A stretch of 64,000 bases of DNA, taken from Spirochaetales bacterium. GTDB lineage: Bacteria; Spirochaetota; Spirochaetia; SZUA-6; RPPD01. A program made the position numbers and the translations under genes. Under the pieces are notes generated by a model that was not told the origin of the DNA, did no database searches, and saw nothing but the letters and a program-made list of their open reading frames with translations. Below are positions 9,574 through 17,638 of the stretch, in pieces (position 1 is the first letter of the stretch; each line of letters starts with the position of its first letter). Location: positions 106,730 through 170,729 of the forward strand of contig JAFGJO010000009.1 in the NCBI GenBank assembly GCA_016929065.1, read 5' to 3'.

Positions 9574-10701
9574 ATGATTTCCGTTCTTTTCATTGACGAT
9601 GATGTACAGGCACATAAAACTCTGCGGATGATTATGCCCAACACATTTCGTCTGGTCTCGGCATTTTCAGCAGAACACGGAGAGGAAATCCTCAAGACAG
9701 AAAAACCCGATGTGATTCTTCTTGATATCAACCTGCCAGGGAAAAGCGGCCTTGAATTGCTGAAAACCATCACCCTCTCCCCGGTGGCGCCGCCAGTTGT
9801 CATGATCAGTGCAGAGGATGATGTTTCGGTGGTGGTTGCGGCGATCCGCAACGGCGCGTTTGATTATGTGGTAAAACCGTTCGATTATAAAAAACTTGAA
9901 GGGACGATTTTCTGTGCTGTCGAGAATACACGGCTGTACAGCAATAAAGGATCCATAAAGGATTCCGGAGCGCTGAACGCGATTGTCGGTGAATCCCCTG
10001 CAATTCAGAATGTGAAAGAGCTTGTTACGAAATGTTCGGGGTCAACCTCAAGCGTTTGTATCACCGGAAAAAGCGGCACCGGGAAAGAACTCGTCGCAGA
10101 GGCTCTGCACAAATTGTCTCCCCGCTGTGACGGACCGTTTATTGCGATTAATTGCGGTGCCATTCCCCAGAATATTATTGAGTCAGAATTGTTCGGCACC
10201 CAGCGGGGAGCGTTTACTGATGCCCAGACGCGAAAGGGCAGTTTTGAATCGGCCCACAATGGAACACTGTTTCTGGATGAAATCGGCGAGATGTCCCTGG
10301 ATGCCCAGGTGAAACTGCTGCGGGTGCTCGAGGAGAAAAAAGTGGTCCGGATTGGCAGCAGTACGCCAATCCCGGTAAATGTCCGGGTTATCTGCGCGAC
10401 AAACAAGGACCTCCAGTCAATGATCGCAAACAGGGAATTCAGGCAGGATTTGTATTACAGGATAAGCGTTCTTCCCATTTCGCTCCCGGATCTGAAGGAC
10501 AGGCCGGAGGATATCCCGTTGCTGGCGTTCTATTTTATCGACCTGCTCTCTGATGAAGTAAAAAAACTCTCTGACGATGCAACGCAAAAACTGGTCAGTT
10601 ACCCCTGGCCCGGCAATATCCGTGAGTTGAAAAATGTGGTGGAACGTGCCCTGATCTACGCGAACGGTGATTTTATCCGTGCTTCGGATATCGTCTTCTA
10701 A
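9574..10701 (+). CDS. Sigma54-dependent response regulator (REC + AAA+), lacking a C-terminal HTH domain
   Basis: REC domain (DVILLDINLPG). AAA+ domain with Walker A GKSGTGKE, L1 loop GAFTDA (a variant of GAFTGA), Walker B LFLDEIGEM and FRQDLYYRI. The protein ends about 20 aa after WPGNIRELKNVVERA. Confidence 0.85.
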   Translation: MISVLFIDDDVQAHKTLRMIMPNTFRLVSAFSAEHGEEILKTEKPDVILLDINLPGKSGLELLKTITLSPVAPPVVMISAEDDVSVVVAAIRNGAFDYVVKPFDYKKLEGTIFCAVENTRLYSNKGSIKDSGALNAIVGESPAIQNVKELVTKCSGSTSSVCITGKSGTGKELVAEALHKLSPRCDGPFIAINCGAIPQNIIESELFGTQRGAFTDAQTRKGSFESAHNGTLFLDEIGEMSLDAQVKLLRVLEEKKVVRIGSSTPIPVNVRVICATNKDLQSMIANREFRQDLYYRISVLPISLPDLKDRPEDIPLLAFYFIDLLSDEVKKLSDDATQKLVSYPWPGNIRELKNVVERALIYANGDFIRASDIVF

Positions 10702-10893
10702 CCGGATGCCTTCCCGAATCTTCTTTGTTTTTTTATAAAGTATGGTTATTTTTACTCTCATAACAGGCAACAATCCGCCTGGCACCCGGCAGAAGGGCAG
10801 GAATTAATTCATCTCATAATAACAGATTGACGCTGTTGTAATGGTTGAATAAAAAACCAAATACAATTACCCCGGGGAAAAGCAGGAGTTTAT

Positions 10894-12612
10894 ATGATGA
10901 ACAGCCAGCACCTCAGATCCAGTGCACCGGAAATGGATGCCCTGAAGATGGGAATGGGTTGGACGATAGAAGACCTTGAAAAGCCGCAGATATTTATCGC
11001 CAGTACGTATGGGCAGAGCCATCCAGGGAGTGCTCATTTAAACGAGATAAATGAAGAAGTAGTCACCGGTATTCTTGAGAGCAGGGGAAAACCCGCTCAG
11101 TATTACTGTACCGATATCTGTGACGGACAGGCTCAGGGGCATGATGGAATGAATTATTCTGTGGTCTCAAGAGAGTTCATCACAGATATTCTTGAAATAC
11201 AAGCTCTCTCGACTCCATTCGATGCGGGGGTGTTTATTGCGACTTGTGACAAGGCTGTCCCTGCACATTTGCGGGCGATTGGACGCATTGATATGCCTTC
11301 TCTTTTTGTCCCCGGCGGGGTCATGGCTTCCGGGCCGAATAACCTGACGCTGGAAATGATCGGGACATACAAGGCTCAGTTCGAGCGCGGTGAAATTACG
11401 CAGGAAGAGTTTGATGCCTTCAAGCGGACTGCCTGCCCAAGCTGTGGTGCGTGCTGCTTTATGGGAACCGCAAGTACCATGCAGATCATGGCAGAAGCCC
11501 TGGGGCTGACACTTCCGGGGGCTTCGCTTATCCCCTTCGGCCGGGGAAGCCTGAAACGGTCAGCACGGCGCTCGGGCAGGATGGTTATGGACTGCATTAC
11601 TGCCGGTCTGAAACCGTCCCAGATCGTGACACAAAAATCATTTGAGAATGCGATTATGGTTCATGCCGCAATTGCAGGATCTTCGAATGCGCTGCTGCAT
11701 CTCCCGGCAATTGCCTATGAGTTTGGGATAACTCTTGAACCAGGCCTTTTTGATGAAATTAACAGGAAGATACCGTTTATTTTGAATATTCGTCCGAGCG
11801 GTGCATATCCGGCTGACCATTACTGGCGTGCCGGCGGTACCCCGGGAATCATGACAGAAATAAAAAAGTTTCTCCACCTTGACCAGCTGACAGTTACCGG
11901 AAAGACGATTGGTGAAAATCTCGAAGATCTGGAACAGGAAGGATATTTTCGAAACCGGTATGGTGAACTGAAAGTATTTGGCATCAACAAAGGAGACATT
12001 ATCCGGACTGTTGACAATCCTCTTCAAAAAGAGGGCTCAATAGCAATTCTGAAAGGCAATCTCGCCCCGGAAGGAGCGGTGACGAAGCATTCGGCGATTG
12101 AAGAAGTGATGAAGCAGGCGGTTCTGCGCGCACGCGTCTTCAATTCGGAGGAAGCGGCATACAAGGCGGTTATAGAAAAACAGATCAAACCGGGTGATGC
12201 AGTGATTATTCGTTATGAAGGGCCCAGGGGGTCAGGAATGCCGGAGCTTTTTTATACAACCGAAGCGATAGCAAGTGACCCTTCCCTTATTGCATCAACC
12301 GCATTGATCACTGATGGACGTTTTTCCGGTGCGACACGCGGCCCGGCAATAGGACACGTTTCCCCCGAGGCAGCTGAGGGAGGTCCGATTGCGCTTCTGG
12401 AAGATGAAGATCTGATTGAAATTGACATTCCTGCACGGACATTGAATATTATCGGTATTTCAGGGGAACGAAAAAGTCCTGAGGTAATAGAGGAAACCTT
12501 GCTCAAGAGGCGGGAGAATTGGAAGAAACCGCCTGTCCGGTTTCGGAGAGGAGCCCTCGGACGTTATGTAAAACGGGCTGTCTCTGCGATAAAGGGTGCA
12601 TATATTGAATAA
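10894..12612 (+). CDS. IlvD/Edd-family dehydratase (dihydroxy-acid dehydratase-like)
   Basis: 572 aa with family motifs ATCDKAVPAHL, CPSCGACCFMGTASTMQ and TDGRFSGATRGPAIGHVSPEAAEGGPIALL. The N-terminal Cys ligand position reads HPGSAHL, not PCN.HL, and no other ilv genes are adjacent, so the substrate is uncertain. Confidence 0.85.
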   Translation: MMNSQHLRSSAPEMDALKMGMGWTIEDLEKPQIFIASTYGQSHPGSAHLNEINEEVVTGILESRGKPAQYYCTDICDGQAQGHDGMNYSVVSREFITDILEIQALSTPFDAGVFIATCDKAVPAHLRAIGRIDMPSLFVPGGVMASGPNNLTLEMIGTYKAQFERGEITQEEFDAFKRTACPSCGACCFMGTASTMQIMAEALGLTLPGASLIPFGRGSLKRSARRSGRMVMDCITAGLKPSQIVTQKSFENAIMVHAAIAGSSNALLHLPAIAYEFGITLEPGLFDEINRKIPFILNIRPSGAYPADHYWRAGGTPGIMTEIKKFLHLDQLTVTGKTIGENLEDLEQEGYFRNRYGELKVFGINKGDIIRTVDNPLQKEGSIAILKGNLAPEGAVTKHSAIEEVMKQAVLRARVFNSEEAAYKAVIEKQIKPGDAVIIRYEGPRGSGMPELFYTTEAIASDPSLIASTALITDGRFSGATRGPAIGHVSPEAAEGGPIALLEDEDLIEIDIPARTLNIIGISGERKSPEVIEETLLKRRENWKKPPVRFRRGALGRYVKRAVSAIKGAYIE

Positions 12613-12642
12613 TTTCAGCGTTTCGAATAGAATATCATCCCT

Positions 12643-13863
12643 ATGAACAATAAAACGACACCCATAATTATCATTGGCATCATTGGCTTTGTCATACTCA
12701 CCTACTTTCTGTCTCCCGCAGGGCCCGGATCATGTGATAATAAAATCACCATAACAGAACTTCCCCCCGAGGAACGTCAGAACGGTGTGCAATTTATCAC
12801 TGACCATTTCAAGGCACCGGAAGAGTTCATTGGAGAACAGTTTGATTCACACGACATCATCTTCCTTGGAGAATTCGGGATGCCGAATTATACCGTATTC
12901 GGATTTCGTGAAAATGTTTCTCTGGTAAAAAAGGTCATCCCCATATTGTTAAAAAAGGGAATTTACTTATTGGCTATTGAACATCTCCTTGCCGAGGATC
13001 AGGAAGAAATTGATAAAATAACCTCGGCAAGAGAATTTGATGAACCTGGTGCAAAGAGGCTGATTTCACGGCGAGCCCCGCTGTTTCTTTTTCAGGACTA
13101 TGTCGATCTCATTCGAGATGTCTGGACGGTCAACAGGGGAAAATCTGCAGGTGACCCGCTTTTTCGTATTATTGGATTAAACATGAAATTGAATTACGTC
13201 ACACTTCTTCAGGCACAGGAAGCAAAAGAACTGGGGAAGGCTTTTGACGGCATGGTGCAGGAAGATTTCATTTTTTCTGTGATTGATCGGGAGATTATAG
13301 GAAAAAAGAAAAAAGCGCTTGTTTTTGTCAACATGCTCTATGCCATAAAAAAGGATATTCTGGCAGACCGGCATATTTTTTATAAAGATATGGAACTTGA
13401 CTATTCGGGTTCTCCCGCGAAATTGACAATTGATAAAGTCGGGGACAGGGCAATGGTTATGCTGCAGCACAATCTATGGGTGAGAAATGACCAGACTCTT
13501 GGTTTTCCGATTGAGGGATATTTTGACGCCCTGTTAAGGGAACTTCCCGGCCGGGTACAGGAAACAGCCTTTTTTGTGAAAGGCAGTCCCTTTGAAAATC
13601 TGACGATTACGACAGCCTTTATCATGCCGGGGACAAAACCGGTTTTTTTCAGCGACATCTGTGATGCGTACATTCTGCAGGGACAATTGAATTATTATAC
13701 CGTCCCCCAGATGTTTACTGATACAATAAATGAAGAAAATATGGGGCAAATAAAAGCAATGCTGCAGCTGCCTGATGAAAAGTCCAAAACACTTGAAGAT
13801 ATTACAGCGGAAGTACGGAACCTTGAGACGGTGAATTCGTTCATGTCCTCACTGCCAAAATAA
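12643..13863 (+). CDS. Membrane-anchored hypothetical protein (tentatively ChaN/Tiki-superfamily-like)
   Basis: N-terminal TM helix. IIFLGEFG ... LLAIEHL spacing recalls the ChaN/erythromycin-esterase/Tiki fold, but the His after GE is absent. Family call is weak. Confidence 0.6.
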   Translation: MNNKTTPIIIIGIIGFVILTYFLSPAGPGSCDNKITITELPPEERQNGVQFITDHFKAPEEFIGEQFDSHDIIFLGEFGMPNYTVFGFRENVSLVKKVIPILLKKGIYLLAIEHLLAEDQEEIDKITSAREFDEPGAKRLISRRAPLFLFQDYVDLIRDVWTVNRGKSAGDPLFRIIGLNMKLNYVTLLQAQEAKELGKAFDGMVQEDFIFSVIDREIIGKKKKALVFVNMLYAIKKDILADRHIFYKDMELDYSGSPAKLTIDKVGDRAMVMLQHNLWVRNDQTLGFPIEGYFDALLRELPGRVQETAFFVKGSPFENLTITTAFIMPGTKPVFFSDICDAYILQGQLNYYTVPQMFTDTINEENMGQIKAMLQLPDEKSKTLEDITAEVRNLETVNSFMSSLPK

Positions 13864-13905
13864 CAGGAGTGGAACCTGAATTTCATTTTTTAAAAAGGGG
13901 GGACA

Positions 13906-14283
13906 GTGGGGTCAAATATTGAGATCAGTATCGGCGATATGACGATCCAGGGAACCTTAAACGATACTGCGACAGCCTCGGCTCTTGAAAAGATTCTTCC
14001 GGTTACTGTTCATATGGCACGCTGGGGTGATGAATATTATGGTGAAATACCAACGGAGGTACCCCTTGCCGAAAATGCCAGAGAAATCATGAAAATCGGC
14101 GAGATGGCATTCTGGCCCCCGGGCCGCGCGCTCTGCTTTTTTTTTGGAAGAACACCGGCAAGTAGCGATCACCGCCCCCGGGCCGCAGGAAAAGTGAATC
14201 CGGTCGGCATGATTACCCGGACACCGGAATTGTTGGCGTCATTCGGGAGCTCCATTACAGCACAGATAAAAAAAGTGAAATGA
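13906..14283 (+). CDS. Cyclophilin-like fold protein
   Basis: 125 aa. Pattern ...TLNDTATASALEKILP...WGDEYYGEIP...GEMAFWPPGRALCFFFG.TP matches the small cyclophilin-like family. GTG start after a G-rich RBS. Confidence 0.7.
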   Translation: MGSNIEISIGDMTIQGTLNDTATASALEKILPVTVHMARWGDEYYGEIPTEVPLAENAREIMKIGEMAFWPPGRALCFFFGRTPASSDHRPRAAGKVNPVGMITRTPELLASFGSSITAQIKKVK

Positions 14284-14435
14284 TATTCTGAATAAAAAAC
14301 ATACCAGTCGGATTATTGATTTCGGGTCAAAAAATAATAAAATTTAATAGCAATCTCACTGGAATTAGGGAAACAAGTTGCTTACTTTATACACTATACA
14401 GGAGAGGTAACAGGATTTTGGTCAAGCAGGGACGC

Positions 14436-15437
14436 ATGGGAAGGCAGAAAACAAAAGAGACAGTCATTTCAGGAGCGGGGGAAAAACGTTCATTACTTGG
14501 GAAGGTCTCTCTTTTTTCGGAACTAAAAAAAGATGAAATTGATCTCATCTGTTCATACAGCGAATTCATGTCGTTTGCAGATGATGAAGTAATATTCAAA
14601 AAAAACAGTGATGCTGATTCATTGATGATTGTCAGCAAGGGGATGGTGCGTATTCTCGCTCCACAGAATGGTGAAATGCGGGATATTGCACAATTTATAC
14701 AGGGTGAATTGTTTGGTGAAATGGATCTGTTCGAGGAAAATCCGCGGATTGTGGATGCGGTTGCAGAGACACCCACAGAAATATTGCGTTTTCCAAAACG
14801 GGGGATCTCCTTTGAATCATTATTAAAGAAATATCCCGAGATTTTCGCCCGGATACTGCAGAAACTTCTTGCCCAGATTGCCAGACGAACCAGGGAGGCG
14901 AACAAGCTCGTTTCGGAAAAGGTCCCATGGATAGATGATTTGAGAAAACAGCTTTTTTTTGACAAGCTTACCGGATTATATAACAAAACCTATCTTGAAG
15001 AAGATTTTGTGACTGTTCTGAAAAAATCAGAATCATGTGCCGTGTTTGCGATTAAACCGGATAATTTCAAAATTGTTAATGACGAGTATGGACATGATGC
15101 AGGAGACCGTACGCTGCGGCTGATGGCGGATGCGGTACAGGACTGGCTTGGTGATACTGGCATGGGCGTACGGTATCGAGGTGATGAATACATTGGAATA
15201 TGGCCGAATATTAACAAGGAGCAGGCAAAAAAACACGGTGAAGCATTACTGCAGTGTATCAGGGAAATTGATTTGAAAGAAATCCTGCAGCGAAATGATT
15301 TTTCACTGGTTGCCAGTATTGGATGTGCAGTATATCCGGAAGACGGTGGAGATGCTGCGGAAGTGAGCGCAAAGGCAATCGAATTGATGTTTCAGGCCCG
15401 GAATGATGGAGGAAACAGGTATTATGAAGGGGAGTAA
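14436..15437 (+). CDS. cNMP-binding (CAP_ED) + degenerate GGDEF domain protein
   Basis: CAP_ED with FGEMDLFEENPRIVDAVA, where the phosphate-binding cassette reads PRIVD rather than PR[ST]A. GGDEF fold with active site RGDEY rather than GG[DE]EF and no RxxD I-site. The start may be ATG 14436 or TTG 14418; the ORF opens at 14316. Confidence 0.8.
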   Translation: MGRQKTKETVISGAGEKRSLLGKVSLFSELKKDEIDLICSYSEFMSFADDEVIFKKNSDADSLMIVSKGMVRILAPQNGEMRDIAQFIQGELFGEMDLFEENPRIVDAVAETPTEILRFPKRGISFESLLKKYPEIFARILQKLLAQIARRTREANKLVSEKVPWIDDLRKQLFFDKLTGLYNKTYLEEDFVTVLKKSESCAVFAIKPDNFKIVNDEYGHDAGDRTLRLMADAVQDWLGDTGMGVRYRGDEYIGIWPNINKEQAKKHGEALLQCIREIDLKEILQRNDFSLVASIGCAVYPEDGGDAAEVSAKAIELMFQARNDGGNRYYEGE

Positions 15438-16404
15438 GGAGCTTGTTGCTTTTCTAAAGGAAGTAATTGTTCTTGAAGATCTGGAACAGGGCGAATACAG
15501 CCAGATTGCAGAATATCTGACAAAATTGTCTTTCAATAAGGGAGCCACGCTCTTCAAGCAGGGTGATAAAGGCAATGAGCTCTATATTGTCCGGAGGGGA
15601 CACGTCGCAAGCAGTATAAAAACAGCGGCAGGCGATGAAAAAGTAATTGCCGAGTTCGGTGCAGGAGATTTTTTTGGGGAGATGTCGATGATTGATGATG
15701 CTCCCCGCTCAGCGACATGCAGGGTTGACCAGGGAACAGATCTTCTCCGCATGAAAAAAGAGGATTTTTTCAAAATGATGAAGTCTTCTCCTCATATTGC
15801 GATTAAAGTCATGTATAAAATGCTCAACACGACAACTCATCGGCTGAAAACCACCTCGGGTTTTATTGCAGAAATGGTACGGTGGGGCAACGAAGCCAGC
15901 AGGCGTGCGATTACGGATGAAGTAACCGGTGCCTACAACCGACGGTATCTGGACAATGCAATCAAGGACTGTTTTTTGTCGTCACGGACATCCCGGAAAG
16001 CGTTTTCACTGGTCATGATGGATCTGGATTATTTCCGTAATATCAATGAAGCATATACTCATGAGGTCGGGAACAAACTGCTTTGCCATGTGGTTGCAGC
16101 CTTTAAAACCCACCTCCGGAAAGGCGATATTCTGGCCCGGTATGGGGGCGATGAGTTTACGATTCTGCTTCCCGAAACATCTTTAAAAGAGGCGTATGAG
16201 ATTGCGGAAGCGATCAGAAGAGAAGTTGAATCAAATGCAATGAAAGGCGGGAAAAAGCATCCTGCACTTCATGTGACCACAAGTCAGGGGATAGCAGCGT
16301 ATCCCGAAAATGCAGAGGATCTTGAACTCCTGAAGAATCTTGCAGACAGGGCTTTATACAAGGCAAAAGAGAATGGACGGAATAAGGTTATGACGGCTTC
16401 TTAA
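15424..16404 (+). CDS. cNMP-binding (CAP_ED) + diguanylate cyclase (canonical GGDEF)
   Basis: CAP_ED with the canonical cassette FFGEMSMIDDAPRSAT. GGDEF domain with RKGDILARYGGDEF, i.e. an RxxD I-site 5 residues upstream of an intact GGDEF. Overlaps the upstream paralog by 14-35 nt, depending on which ATG is used (15403, 15406 or 15424). Confidence 0.85.
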   Translation: MKGSKELVAFLKEVIVLEDLEQGEYSQIAEYLTKLSFNKGATLFKQGDKGNELYIVRRGHVASSIKTAAGDEKVIAEFGAGDFFGEMSMIDDAPRSATCRVDQGTDLLRMKKEDFFKMMKSSPHIAIKVMYKMLNTTTHRLKTTSGFIAEMVRWGNEASRRAITDEVTGAYNRRYLDNAIKDCFLSSRTSRKAFSLVMMDLDYFRNINEAYTHEVGNKLLCHVVAAFKTHLRKGDILARYGGDEFTILLPETSLKEAYEIAEAIRREVESNAMKGGKKHPALHVTTSQGIAAYPENAEDLELLKNLADRALYKAKENGRNKVMTAS

Positions 16405-16985
16405 GGGCTTATTTTCATTTGAACAGGAATGTCTTTTGCCGCCAGGGCGCCTTCCCTGACAAGGGTGGCGGGTGTTGTTGATATATCAATAATGGTCGAG
16501 GGAACAGCATACGGCAAATTTCCGGCATCGACAATAAATCCGACTTTTGAATGAAATTCCTTTTTCATTTCTTCAATATCCCAAAGAAAATTCTTGCCGG
16601 ATATATTCACGCTGGTGGAATACAGCGGCCGGTCAAGTTTTTCCAAAACTTGAAGCAGGAACGGATCATTCGGTATTCTGAACGCTATTTTGTCAGGAGA
16701 GCCGATTTTTGGAAAAAGAATGGTGAGTGGACCAGGCCAGAACTGCTGCAGTTCTTTCGGCAACAGCGTATCGGTGAATGTTTTTATCATTTCCATGGAG
16801 TGTGTAAGCATTAAAAACGGTTTTGTTTCAAGACGCCCTTTTGCTGCCCTGATTTTATTTTCTGTTTCCGGCGCTATACCAACAAGCCCGTAAATTGTGT
16901 CACAGGGAACAATTCCGATCATCTTTCTTTGTAATAAAGAACAGACTGTTGAAAAGTAATTCGGGTCTCTTGCAGAAATGATCAT
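16401..16985 (-). CDS. tsaC: L-threonylcarbamoyladenylate synthase (YrdC/Sua5 family)
   Basis: 194 aa with the family core VPCDTIYGLVG and a YrdC-like fold pattern. ATGA overlap with the upstream FtsB-like gene. Confidence 0.85.
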   Translation of the reverse strand: MIISARDPNYFSTVCSLLQRKMIGIVPCDTIYGLVGIAPETENKIRAAKGRLETKPFLMLTHSMEMIKTFTDTLLPKELQQFWPGPLTILFPKIGSPDKIAFRIPNDPFLLQVLEKLDRPLYSTSVNISGKNFLWDIEEMKKEFHSKVGFIVDAGNLPYAVPSTIIDISTTPATLVREGALAAKDIPVQMKISP

Positions 16986-17410
16986 AATGAGCGTTTTTTC
17001 TTCAGATAGGAGAGCAGTCCGAAAACACAGATACTCACTGCAATCCCGATGATATGAAATACCGGGTTCGGCATTTTGCTGTTATGGCTGCGGCGAAGCA
17101 GGGAGCCGATTTGCTTTGCCGGTGTTCCGGTTGTTACACCTTCGATCCGGATGACTTGTTCTCCGGCGCTGTAGTACCCGAGTTTTCGGGCTTTCTGCCT
17201 GATTGTATCCGGGTTTGAGCTCAAGTCACGGAGGTCTATGGCAAGTTCATTATTAATTATCTGTAATTCGCCAATGTTCTCCTTGAGCATGTTGTAATAT
17301 TCCTGTAATTGGAAATATTGAATAACGCCCCCTGTTCCAAAAAGCAGGGAAAAAAACATTGCAGCCGAGAATCCAAAATATATGCTTAACAGTAATCGCT
17401 TTATTATCAT
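16982..17410 (-). CDS. Septum formation initiator (FtsB/DivIC-like) protein
   Basis: N-terminal TM helix followed by a leucine-zipper-like coiled coil (YYNMLKENIGELQIINNELAIDLRDL) and IRQKARKLGY. There is an extra C-terminal hydrophobic segment. Confidence 0.7.
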   Translation of the reverse strand: MIIKRLLLSIYFGFSAAMFFSLLFGTGGVIQYFQLQEYYNMLKENIGELQIINNELAIDLRDLSSNPDTIRQKARKLGYYSAGEQVIRIEGVTTGTPAKQIGSLLRRSHNSKMPNPVFHIIGIAVSICVFGLLSYLKKKRSL

Positions 17411-17531
17411 TGTTATAATGTACGGCGTATATTTTCCACTGCTTTATGGAAAAAAAGAAAAATTGGGGAAAAAAATGGAATTTGGATGAAATTTGAGGTT
17501 TTTTCTTTTTTAAAGAGAAATGATGTTTCTA

Positions 17532-17561
17532 TTGACAAGTGAAAAGGTATTGAATTAGATT
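17532..17561 (+). promoter_or_regulatory. Candidate sigma70-type promoter for the acidic-protein/Maf operon
   Basis: TTGACA (17532-17537), 18-nt spacer, TAGATT (17556-17561), about 75 nt upstream of the ATG at 17639. The region is AT-rich, so a chance match is possible. Confidence 0.35.
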
Positions 17562-17638
17562 ATTTTTATAAACGAAGAAAAAAAAATACCGATAAATAAG
17601 TATTACCGGAAGGTTGAAAACGTTTCCAGGAGAAACAA

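Noticed and set aside
10780-10794. TGGCAC hexamer just downstream of the sigma54 activator gene and upstream of the IlvD/Edd-family gene, a tempting -24 element.
   Set aside because: The sequence 5 nt downstream is AGAA rather than TTGC, so there is no -12 element. Other TGGCAC hits (e.g. 22955, 14016, 18920, 53360) lie inside coding regions and also lack a proper -12 GC.
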